Notes under the pieces: model-generated | The model's database searches: none | Seen by the model: the letters and a program-made list of their open reading frames with translations, nothing else | What the model was told of the DNA's origin: nothing | Program-made: the position numbers and the translations under genes | Part shown: positions 17,788-25,669 of the stretch, one piece after another | Numbering within the stretch: position 1 is the stretch's first letter | How the letters are laid out: each line of letters opens with the position of its first letter | Assembly (NCBI RefSeq): GCF_000148385.1 | Contig: NC_014537.1 | Span: forward strand, 1,890,001 to 1,922,000 | Direction: 5' to 3' | Length of the DNA: 32,000 nt | DNA from: Vulcanisaeta distributa DSM 14429 | GTDB taxonomy: Archaea; Thermoproteota; Thermoprotei; Thermoproteales; Thermocladiaceae

Positions 17788-18109
17788 TACTTCGTCTTAT
17801 TACGTATTTAATGCCTTTATAATTACTTGTGAGGGTCACCGTTATTTCAATTGGGTTTAGGGTCCTTACGAACTCATTTATTAACTCGTTAATTAGGTCC
17901 TCGTGATAAATGACCCTATCCTTAAATCCATCTAAGTACTCCCTGAGGCTGTTCAATTCCATATAGATACAACCACCATCACTGCATGTTGGCTTATAGT
18001 CCACCTCAATGACGTAATTATCAATGTTGTGATCCACCGGGCATATTGCTGAAAAGGATGTCTCAAGATGTACATAATCAACAGGTCCTGCCTTTATTGT
18101 CCTTATCAT
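17756..18109 (-). CDS. QueF-like protein (tunnel-fold; crenarchaeal QueF-L type implicated in archaeosine formation)
   Basis: 117 aa. SFSAICPVDHNIDNYVIEVDYKP (Cys in the QueF-like T-fold context), a variant QueF motif YMELNSLREYL, and HEDLINELINEF. No NADPH-binding extension is present. Confidence 0.6.
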   Translation of the reverse strand: MIRTIKAGPVDYVHLETSFSAICPVDHNIDNYVIEVDYKPTCSDGGCIYMELNSLREYLDGFKDRVIYHEDLINELINEFVRTLNPIEITVTLTSNYKGIKYVIRRSINKRDSQHAP

Positions 18110-18624
18110 TAAATGGACATAGCACTTTCAATGTTTATACATATTAACCTCTCATTACATAACTTCCTAATCACCGCCCTTAATTTATCAAGTTCATTCT
18201 CGTTAATCCACACCTTAATGATCTCCCTATCACCAGATATGAACGTGACAGACCAGGTATTAAACCTCGGTATTGAGGATATCGGTATTAACCTGGTGTT
18301 AACGACCCTCACAGTATTAATCACAGGCCTTACCCTAATCCTAGTTACTTCATATATTGGCAACTCAACCCTCTCAGTACCTCTTAACGCCACGAATCTA
18401 TCGCCAAATATCATGACCTCGCTCCTCTTAATGACCCTCTTAGCCGCAACCATTATTAGGGCTATGAAGATCGGCGGTAGTGAGGTGAGTATGGCATCGG
18501 TGATTGATTGTGTTATTACGTAGATAACCACCGCGCCTATAAGCATGAGTGTAATGACGATGCCGGCATATAGGTTAATGATGTATGCGGGGTCCTCAAT
18601 GACGTGCCACAAAGGCCTGCTCAT
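18109..18624 (-). CDS. membrane protein: two N-terminal TM helices plus a small beta-rich (bacterial-PH-like?) cytosolic domain; unknown function
   Basis: 171 aa. TM1 is LYAGIVITLMLIGAVVIYVI and TM2 is LPPIFIALIMVAAKRVI, followed by MIFGDRFVALRGTERVELPIYEVTRIRVRP... Its TAA stop overlaps the ATG of the downstream QueF-like gene by 1 nt (TAATG, 18107-18111). A/T box TTAATAATTTT upstream. Confidence 0.55.
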   Translation of the reverse strand: MSRPLWHVIEDPAYIINLYAGIVITLMLIGAVVIYVITQSITDAILTSLPPIFIALIMVAAKRVIKRSEVMIFGDRFVALRGTERVELPIYEVTRIRVRPVINTVRVVNTRLIPISSIPRFNTWSVTFISGDREIIKVWINENELDKLRAVIRKLCNERLICINIESAMSI

Positions 18625-18657
18625 TTTTAGGATGGAGGTTTAGAAAATTATTAAGGC

Positions 18658-19527
18658 TTATTCCATGAGCTCGCTCACTCCAGTTTTATTCACGGGCATC
18701 CTCCAGTCGATTCCTAAGGTCCTCATGGAAACCCTAGGCACTATTGGCGGCTTTCTCTTATGCTCAGTATTCAATACCCTGCGCCACACGGCCTGCACAA
18801 GCTCGATGGGCTTACCCGTTGCCTCAGCAGCCTGTTCAACACTCATCCTATAATCAACAAGCGCATGTAGAATCACATCAACATCCTCATACTTAACACC
18901 GAGCTCACCCTCGGCTGTCTGACCCTCCCAAAGCCTTGGGCTTGATGGTTTGAAGGCGATATTGTCGGGTAAGCCCAGGTACTTGCCCAGGTACCTAACC
19001 TGCGTCTTGTATAGGTCACCGATTGGCAATATATCGACACCGCCATCACCGTACTTCGTGAAATACCCAATTAATAACTCGCTCTTATCTCCGGTACCCG
19101 CCACCACCTTATTGAACCTATTGGCGAAGTAATAGAGTAGTGTCATCCTAATCCTAGGGAGGAGGTTGCCAACGGCTATCTTATCACTCTCATCAAACCC
19201 AGGTATTGACTCGGCGAAGGCATTCCTAATCCTTCCAATGTCTATGTAGTAATACTTAATCCCTAGGGTCTCAGCTACGTATTTAGCATCCCTAATGTCC
19301 TCAGGCGGTGTCGTCTTATAAGGCAGTATCAGCCCAATAACGTTATCCCTGCCTAGGGCCTTAACGAGTAGGTATGCAGTAACGCTGGAATCAACACCAC
19401 CACTAAGTCCAATGACTGCGCCGGACGCACCCGCATCTCTAACGTATGACCTAATGAAGTCAATAATCCTCTGCGTTACGTACTCATAGTCAATGCGTAT
19501 TAAGTTCTCAAGGGTTATTTTGGGCAC
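18658..19527 (-). CDS. nadE: NAD+ synthetase, single-domain (NadE1 / ammonia-type architecture)
   Basis: 289 aa. The PP-loop GLSGGVDSSV, then GTGDKSELLIGYFTKYGDGG and DLYKTQVRYLGKYLGLP. GTG start at 19527. There is no fused nitrilase domain. Confidence 0.9.
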   Translation of the reverse strand: MPKITLENLIRIDYEYVTQRIIDFIRSYVRDAGASGAVIGLSGGVDSSVTAYLLVKALGRDNVIGLILPYKTTPPEDIRDAKYVAETLGIKYYYIDIGRIRNAFAESIPGFDESDKIAVGNLLPRIRMTLLYYFANRFNKVVAGTGDKSELLIGYFTKYGDGGVDILPIGDLYKTQVRYLGKYLGLPDNIAFKPSSPRLWEGQTAEGELGVKYEDVDVILHALVDYRMSVEQAAEATGKPIELVQAVWRRVLNTEHKRKPPIVPRVSMRTLGIDWRMPVNKTGVSELME

Positions 19528-19614
19528 ATGAGGATTAGTAATTAACGACTTTTATTACTTACTCATTTGCAAAATGGAGTTTGTATTTTAATACCCCACT
19601 GGCATCATTGATTA

Positions 19615-20508
19615 ATGCTTAGGATACACCTGCTTCAATACAGTAGTAAGCTTGGTGATGTGGAGTTCAACCTAAATAGGTTGATTAAGGCCATGGAAAC
19701 ACTCTGTGTGGGTGATGGTGCTGATTTGATAGTGACCCCCGAGCTTTACCTACCGGGTTATATGTCTAGGGACATGTTCTTTCAAATTGCGGAGCCAATA
19801 GGTGGTAAGACAATTACGAGACTCGTCATGGAGGCCAGGAGAAGGAATTGCCACGTTATTGTTGGGTTTGCGGAGAGGAATGAGGATACCCACGTGCTTT
19901 ATAATACGGCGGTTGCCGTGGGACCCGACGGCGTACTAGCCGTTTATAGGAAGAGGCACCTACCATCATATGGAGTGTTTGATGAGTATAGGTACTTCGG
20001 CATTGGTAAGGGCGACATCCCCGTTATTAATATCAATGACCATAAAGTTGGCATTGCAATATGCTACGATGCATTTTACCCAGAGGTCTCGAGGGTCATG
20101 ATGCTGAAGGGTGCGGAGGTGCATGTATACATAAGCGCGGCCCCAGACATGTCGAGGATTCACTTTGAGACGTTCATGGTAGCCAGGGCACTTGAGAACG
20201 TGGCATACACGGTTTACGTGAACACTGTCGGTCAATACGACGGGCTTGGATTCTTCGGCGGTAGTCACGTAGTTAATCCATTGGGTAATGTGCTCATTAA
20301 GGCTAAGTATTATGAGGAGGATGTGAAGACTATCGAGATAGACCCAAGCGACATCGTTAATTATAGGAGTCATAGACCAATACTTAAGGATCTCGATCCA
20401 AGCGATGTGGATCTCGTAGTAAGGGCATTTAACGAGTATATCAATCCGAAGTTACCTGAAATTAAGGTTAAGGAGAGGGAAGTCACAGCAATCAGTAGTT
20501 ATAAGTAA
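19615..20508 (+). CDS. carbon-nitrogen hydrolase (nitrilase superfamily)
   Basis: 297 aa. The Glu-Lys-Cys triad contexts are VTPELYLPGY, YRKRHLP and GIAICYDAFYPE. A/T box at about 19583-19592. Divergent from nadE. Confidence 0.85.
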   Translation: MLRIHLLQYSSKLGDVEFNLNRLIKAMETLCVGDGADLIVTPELYLPGYMSRDMFFQIAEPIGGKTITRLVMEARRRNCHVIVGFAERNEDTHVLYNTAVAVGPDGVLAVYRKRHLPSYGVFDEYRYFGIGKGDIPVININDHKVGIAICYDAFYPEVSRVMMLKGAEVHVYISAAPDMSRIHFETFMVARALENVAYTVYVNTVGQYDGLGFFGGSHVVNPLGNVLIKAKYYEEDVKTIEIDPSDIVNYRSHRPILKDLDPSDVDLVVRAFNEYINPKLPEIKVKEREVTAISSYK

Positions 20509-20580
20509 TGAATCAGTGAATCATCGTTAAAGGGTAAATTTAATTTTAAATTGAATTTATTTAAGGACGATTCACCAAAT

Positions 20581-21828
20581 TCACTTTAGTTGATCAATTA
20601 TTTCAATTAATGCGTCACCAAACTCCTTAGTGCCTAATGGCTGAACACCCATATACCTGGCTAAGTCCTGCGTGACCTTCTTCTGGTTTATGGCCTCAGT
20701 TATTGCTCTATCAATTAGGTCAGCAGCCTCCCTCCAACCCATGAACCTGAGCATCAATTCGCCGGCCCTAATTATGCCCGTTGGGTTGGCTACATTCTTA
20801 CCAGCGTACTTAGGCGCTGTTCCGTGTACTGCCTCGAACATGCCTCCCGTATCACCAACATTAGCACCACCAAGAACGCCTATATCGCCTATGAGTGCTC
20901 CGGCGGCGTCGCTTATGTAATCACCGTTTAGGTTTGGCGCGAGTATTACATCGTAGTTCTCAGGTCTCGTGATTATCTGCTGGAACATATTGTCGGCTAT
21001 CCTATCATTAACAAGTATCTTGCCGGGCGGTACCTTGCCGCCATAGAGCTTATTCACCTCCTCCTCAGTGACTATGTATTCCCTGAACTCCTTAAGGGCT
21101 ACCTCGTAAGCCCACTCCCTGAAGGCGCCCTCCGTGTACTTCATTATGTTACCCTTATGCATTATCGTTACTGACCTCCTCTTATTTTCAATTGCGAATT
21201 TAAAGGCAAACCTCGCAACCCTCTGCGTCTTAAACTTACTAATTGGCTTTATGCCTATTCCAGTGTCATCCTCAAGTTCTATCTTCAACTCCTCCTTAAG
21301 GAACTTCCTCAACTTAGCAGCCTCAGGGCTATCCCAACTCCACTCAATGCCTCTGTACAAGTCGTCCGTGTTCTCCCTAATAATAACCATGTCAACCCTC
21401 TCAGGGTGCTTAAGTGGTGATTCAAGACCTGGCATGTACTTGACGGGCCTGACATTGGCATAGGCGTCTAGGAGCATCCTAATGGCAACGTTTATTGACC
21501 TCCAACCACCACCAATTGGCGTCTCTAATGGGCCCTTAAGGACAACCCTATACCTAGTAATGAGGTTTATCGTCTCCTCAGGGAACCTATTACCATAAAC
21601 CCTCTCAGCCTCCTCACCCGCATAGACCTTAACCCACCTGATCTCCCTTGAGCTTCCATAGGCCTTCTCAACGGCCTTATTAATCACCTTAATGGCCACA
21701 TTGGTTATCTCAGGCCCTATACCATCACCCTCGATGTAAAGTATTATTGGTTTGTTAGGTACATTCCATACACCACCCTGAACAACAATTGGTTCTCCAT
21801 CCTCAGGTATTTTTACCCTCGAGGACAT
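20581..21828 (-). CDS. icd: isocitrate dehydrogenase (NADP-type, prokaryotic homodimeric family)
   Basis: 415 aa. Signatures are GDGIGPEI, LKGPLETPIGGGWRSINVAIR, NLNGDYISDAAGALIGDIGVLGGANVG and HGTAPKYAGKNVANPTG. Confidence 0.95.
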   Translation of the reverse strand: MSSRVKIPEDGEPIVVQGGVWNVPNKPIILYIEGDGIGPEITNVAIKVINKAVEKAYGSSREIRWVKVYAGEEAERVYGNRFPEETINLITRYRVVLKGPLETPIGGGWRSINVAIRMLLDAYANVRPVKYMPGLESPLKHPERVDMVIIRENTDDLYRGIEWSWDSPEAAKLRKFLKEELKIELEDDTGIGIKPISKFKTQRVARFAFKFAIENKRRSVTIMHKGNIMKYTEGAFREWAYEVALKEFREYIVTEEEVNKLYGGKVPPGKILVNDRIADNMFQQIITRPENYDVILAPNLNGDYISDAAGALIGDIGVLGGANVGDTGGMFEAVHGTAPKYAGKNVANPTGIIRAGELMLRFMGWREAADLIDRAITEAINQKKVTQDLARYMGVQPLGTKEFGDALIEIIDQLK

Positions 21829-21850
21829 CTATATTTACTTAATTACTACG

Positions 21851-21859
21851 TTTTTAAAT
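21851..21859. promoter_or_regulatory. single shared A/T (TATA-like) box for divergent icd and dph5
   Basis: TTTTTAAAT is centred at 21855. The icd ATG (21828) and the dph5 GTG (21882) are each exactly 27 nt from the centre. The intergenic region is only 53 nt. Confidence 0.5.
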
Positions 21860-21881
21860 CTTTCAATAATCGGAAAATAAC

Positions 21882-22724
21882 GTGGGTCAGGAAGCACCAA
21901 CGCTGTATATTGTTGGTCTTGGATTGAGCCCTGCTAATATTACGGCTGAGGCATTGGAGGTAATACGTTCAGTAGATGTGGTATTCCTGGAGATGTACAC
22001 GTCGAAGGGACCTGCCGAATTCATGGATCAACTAAGAAGCATTAGAGGAGACCTAATCCAGGTTTCAAGGAGAGATTTAGAGGATATGAATAGCGAGATA
22101 ATAATGAGGGTACTAGAGGGTGGTCGTAATGCGGCTCTCCTCGTTATTGGCGATCCAATGATAGCCACGACGCATGCGGTCATAGCCGTTATTGCCAAGA
22201 GGAGGGGCTTCAACGTTAGAGTCATTAACTCCGTAAGTATTGTCTGTGCAGTGCTTAGTCAACTTGGGTTATCGCCGTATAAACTTGGTCCTGTGGCAAC
22301 CATAACATACCCAAGAATGGGTGTGTTGAGTATGAGGGCCTATGAGGTATTAAGTGATAATCTTATTCGTGGGCTTCACACGATATTGTTGCTTGATATT
22401 AAGGATGATGGCAGCTTCATGAGTGCGAGCGAGGCTGTGGAGCTTCTTAAGAAGATGGAGGATAATGGCAAATTGGGTATTATAAGCAAGGATTTAGCAG
22501 TAGTATATGCCGCAAGGATTGGTTGGGGTAATCAAAGTATTAAGGTATCGACAATCGAGGATGTGCCTAACATTGGAGAGACGCCGCACACGATAGTAAT
22601 CCCAGGCCTACTTAATCCAGTGGAGCAGGAGTACCTGGTCAATGTCCTGGGCGCTGATGAGGAGTTGATACGTAGGCACATGGCGTTTATTAATAAGATG
22701 GTTAAGAGGGGCCCCTTGGTTTAG
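21882..22724 (+). CDS. dph5: diphthine synthase (tetrapyrrole-methylase fold)
   Basis: 280 aa. Signatures are LYIVGLGL, DVVFLEMYTS, AALLVIGDPMIATTH and PHTIVIPG. GTG start at 21882. Confidence 0.9.
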   Translation: MGQEAPTLYIVGLGLSPANITAEALEVIRSVDVVFLEMYTSKGPAEFMDQLRSIRGDLIQVSRRDLEDMNSEIIMRVLEGGRNAALLVIGDPMIATTHAVIAVIAKRRGFNVRVINSVSIVCAVLSQLGLSPYKLGPVATITYPRMGVLSMRAYEVLSDNLIRGLHTILLLDIKDDGSFMSASEAVELLKKMEDNGKLGIISKDLAVVYAARIGWGNQSIKVSTIEDVPNIGETPHTIVIPGLLNPVEQEYLVNVLGADEELIRRHMAFINKMVKRGPLV

Positions 22725-22984
22725 TGAGGTACGTTTCTGCGAAATATCACGGTGCCATCCTTACGCCTAATCTCCACAACCCTATGATAGGGTATGTACG
22801 TCTCCTTACCACTACTACTGATGTATGTAAATCCATCCCTACTTATTGAGACCACCCTCGATAAGTCAACAACCTCCTCATTATTTGGCGAACCTCTTGA
22901 TATGAAGACGACGACGTAATTATCAATTTGATTAGTCCACTTAAGCTTGTTTAATACGTCCCTAATCGTCACCATTAACCTCAT
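22721..22984 (-). CDS. UPF0248/DUF504 (MJ1316-like) small protein
   Basis: IRDVLNKLKWTNQ...VVVFISRG...YIPYHRVVEIRRKDGTVIFRR matches the DUF504 pattern. I prefer ATG 22984 (MRLMVTIRD...) because A/T box TATTAAATAATT (about 23003-23015, minus strand) is about 26 nt upstream. The track ORF starts at 22996. Confidence 0.55.
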   Translation of the reverse strand: MRLMVTIRDVLNKLKWTNQIDNYVVVFISRGSPNNEEVVDLSRVVSISRDGFTYISSSGKETYIPYHRVVEIRRKDGTVIFRRNVPH

Positions 22985-23077
22985 TAAGACAGCCATGCCT
23001 AATTATTTAATACTGACTATCCATGGTAGTGCACCAACCTGAAAATATTAATTAATCCGCCTTAGCACTGCACCGTA

Positions 23078-24103
23078 ATGGTTGGGCCCTGCATATTCGT
23101 GAGTAGGAGTAACCTACCCTCCATAATATACTCAGAGCTCAATAAATTACCTGTGGAGATTAGGATGTGGAAGGAGACAGGACCAATGTGGGGTAAGCAA
23201 GCATCACCACCTAGGGAGGTCTGGGTTGATGTATTCAAGAACTGTGTTGGGGCTATAGTGACCCTAGGCGACATTATTGATAAGTCATTAATTAACGAGG
23301 CGGATAAATTATTCATAATTAGTACGTATAGTGTTGGTGTTGATCACATAGACGTTAAGGCCGCCACCGAGAAGGGGATTTATGTAACTCACACGCCCGA
23401 GGTCCTCGTTGAGGCTGTGGCCGACCTGGCCATGGGATTGTTAATAGCCCTTGCACGTAAGATAGTGCTTGGTGATAGGCTAATTAGGATGGGCGGTATA
23501 TACGATAAGTGGGGCTGGCTTCTTGGTAGTGAGGTTCACGGTGCCACCCTGGGTATAATAGGCTTGGGCAACATAGGTACGGCGTTGGCGAGGAGGGCTA
23601 AGGCATTTAATATGAGGGTGATTTATTGGTCGAGGACTAGGAAGCCCCACATAGAGTTTGCCCTTGGTATTGAGTACAGGCCACTGGAGTCCGTACTTAC
23701 TGAGTCTGACTTTGTCGTAATAACGGTAGCCGCAACCCCCGAGACGAGGCACCTAATTAATGAGGAGCGGTTGAGGTTAATGAAGAAGACTGCGTATCTA
23801 ATAAATGTGGCTAGGGGTGACATTGTGGATACGAATGCGTTGGTGAAGGCACTTAGGGAGGGTTGGATAGCGGGTGCGGCATTAGACGTATATGAGGAGG
23901 AGCCACTACCCAGTGCTCATGAGTTAACGAAGTTCGACAATGTCGTGTTAACGCCGCATATAGGGTCTGCGACCTACGAGACCAGGGAGAGGATGGCTGA
24001 GGTTGCCGTTAGAAACTTAATAAACATATTGATGGGTAAGAGACCGCTGTATCTAGCTAATCCTGAGGTTCTTTCGGTTAGGCCGCTTCAAGCTTTAATA
24101 TGA
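23078..24103 (+). CDS. gyaR: D-isomer-specific 2-hydroxyacid dehydrogenase (glyoxylate/hydroxypyruvate reductase-like)
   Basis: 341 aa. NAD fold GIIGLGNIGTALARRAKAFNMRVIYWSR, then the catalytic contexts LINVARGDIVD, ALDVYEEEP and LTPHIGSAT. Confidence 0.8.
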   Translation: MVGPCIFVSRSNLPSIIYSELNKLPVEIRMWKETGPMWGKQASPPREVWVDVFKNCVGAIVTLGDIIDKSLINEADKLFIISTYSVGVDHIDVKAATEKGIYVTHTPEVLVEAVADLAMGLLIALARKIVLGDRLIRMGGIYDKWGWLLGSEVHGATLGIIGLGNIGTALARRAKAFNMRVIYWSRTRKPHIEFALGIEYRPLESVLTESDFVVITVAATPETRHLINEERLRLMKKTAYLINVARGDIVDTNALVKALREGWIAGAALDVYEEEPLPSAHELTKFDNVVLTPHIGSATYETRERMAEVAVRNLINILMGKRPLYLANPEVLSVRPLQALI

Positions 24104-24160
24104 TTTATGGCGAATAGTGTTTATTAGCTGGGTATAAATGATTATGAGGTATAATGTATT

Positions 24161-24751
24161 ATGGGATCGTATAATGTTGATAAATTGAGGAGGATTGTGA
24201 AGAATGATAGGCCAACACCAGATAATGAGCACTTATGGGCCGCCGTCGCCGTTATTTACAATCCATGCTTAAATGCAATCCTCATAGGTAAGAGAACGGA
24301 GAATCCTGAAGATCCCTGGAGTGGGGATGCGGCATTTCCCGGTGGTAGGTTTAAGCCTGCTAAGGATAGGGATCTGGTGGAAACAGCAATTAGGGAGGCT
24401 AAGGAGGAGGTTGGTCTTGACCTCACAAAAGACGCAGAACTACTTGGGGTTTTGGATCCATTCTCACCAAGCAATGCTCCTAACATCAATGTTGTACCGG
24501 TAATATTTTCATTAAAGGATTGCAATCCTCAACTAACGATAAATAGGGCTGAGTTGTCGAAGGTGTTTTGGCTGGATATTAATGATATTATGAAGTATGT
24601 TAAGTTGGATGTTAATATAAAGGGTAGAACGAGGCCTGCAATAATCATGGGTGATGTAACGATATGGGGCATGACGTATAGGATACTACGTAGATTATTA
24701 AGGGATGCCTTTGGTATTGACTTACCGAAGGATCCAAGGGACACTTATTGA
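24161..24751 (+). CDS. NUDIX hydrolase (CoA-pyrophosphatase-like)
   Basis: 196 aa. Nudix box core FPGGRFKPAKDRDLVETAIREAKEEVGL. A/T box GGTATAAATG at about 24130-24140. Confidence 0.75.
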   Translation: MGSYNVDKLRRIVKNDRPTPDNEHLWAAVAVIYNPCLNAILIGKRTENPEDPWSGDAAFPGGRFKPAKDRDLVETAIREAKEEVGLDLTKDAELLGVLDPFSPSNAPNINVVPVIFSLKDCNPQLTINRAELSKVFWLDINDIMKYVKLDVNIKGRTRPAIIMGDVTIWGMTYRILRRLLRDAFGIDLPKDPRDTY

Positions 24752-24752
24752 C

Positions 24753-25526
24753 TTACCCTGGTTCGCATAGCATTACCAATCGTAGTGGCGAACCCTCAGC
24801 ACCCCTAATCTTAAGTGGCATGAATATGAATAACCCCTCACCATCCTTACACGTATTTAATGCAACGTCTAGGTTGGTAACGCCCTCTATTATGTAAACT
24901 CCGCTTGATAATAATTTATAGTGAACATACACCACATCATCCCTAGAAACCCTGGGTGGGTATGGATAACCCTCCTTACCCGGCCAACCAGCTATGCTAA
25001 GTGCCTCAATACCCACAACCTTAATCCCTTTAGTGACTAGGTAATCCGCCCCTGACCTGTCGAGGTACGGCCAGTTATATAAGAATTCCTCTGTACCCCA
25101 GGTCTTTGAGAAGCCCGTGTACAGCATTACTGCGTAATTGTGCTGTATTCTACTATCGAATCTCCTCAGGTCATTGGCCGTTATGGCTTCACCATGCTTC
25201 TTATAGCTCAGGTCTAGTATTACGCCGTAGGCTATGAAGTCCGTTAATGGTAGTGACTCCGCAGTTAAGCCACTCGGTACAAAGTGACGTGGCAGGTCTA
25301 TGTGCGTACCACTATGGAGTCCGGCGGATATTTTTGATAATGTTGATTCACCATAGTTTTTCCCAACCTTGACATACTCATGGTTAAAGGGTGGATCGCC
25401 AGGGTAGGTGGGCATTCCATTGTATAGTTCATGCGATAGGTCTATCATAATGAGTCTCTTGTTCATTAATTGGTTGATTAATTCTCTTAATGTCTGTGAC
25501 ATATCACGTCTATTACATTGACGCAT
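24753..25526 (-). CDS. cyclase-family protein (kynurenine formamidase-like metal hydrolase)
   Basis: 257 aa. The HxGTHxDxPxH motif is present as HSGTHIDLPRHF, with DLSHELYNGMPTYPGDPP near the N-terminus. TATA-like CTATATAGGTTATATACT (minus strand, about 25547-25564) supports the ATG at 25526. Confidence 0.75.
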   Translation of the reverse strand: MRQCNRRDMSQTLRELINQLMNKRLIMIDLSHELYNGMPTYPGDPPFNHEYVKVGKNYGESTLSKISAGLHSGTHIDLPRHFVPSGLTAESLPLTDFIAYGVILDLSYKKHGEAITANDLRRFDSRIQHNYAVMLYTGFSKTWGTEEFLYNWPYLDRSGADYLVTKGIKVVGIEALSIAGWPGKEGYPYPPRVSRDDVVYVHYKLLSSGVYIIEGVTNLDVALNTCKDGEGLFIFMPLKIRGAEGSPLRLVMLCEPG

Positions 25527-25638
25527 TTAATACGCATTTCCCCCATGAGTATATAACCTATATAGTGATTAAACCCATTAGAGCGTTTAGGCGTAATTTA
25601 ATGAGTATTAACGAATTGAAAACACTATACATATCTGG

Positions 25639-25661
25639 TTTATTAAGGGGGATACTCCCTT
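25639..25661 (+). promoter_or_regulatory. TATA-like box plus abutting 17-nt inverted repeat upstream of the glucose dehydrogenase gene
   Basis: TTTATTAA (25639-25646) is followed by, and overlaps, AAGGGGGATACTCCCTT (25645-25661). The repeat has 7-bp arms including one G-T and a 3-nt centre. It ends 8 nt before the ATG at 25670. Confidence 0.4.
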
Positions 25662-25669
25662 GATCATTG

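Noticed and set aside
20516-20575. 7-bp inverted repeat GTGAATC ... GATTCAC enclosing a 46-nt A/T-rich, partly palindromic loop, between the convergent nitrilase and icd genes.
   Set aside because: The position and composition fit an ordinary bidirectional termination region. The loop is too long for a stable hairpin, and no coding or RNA-gene features are present.
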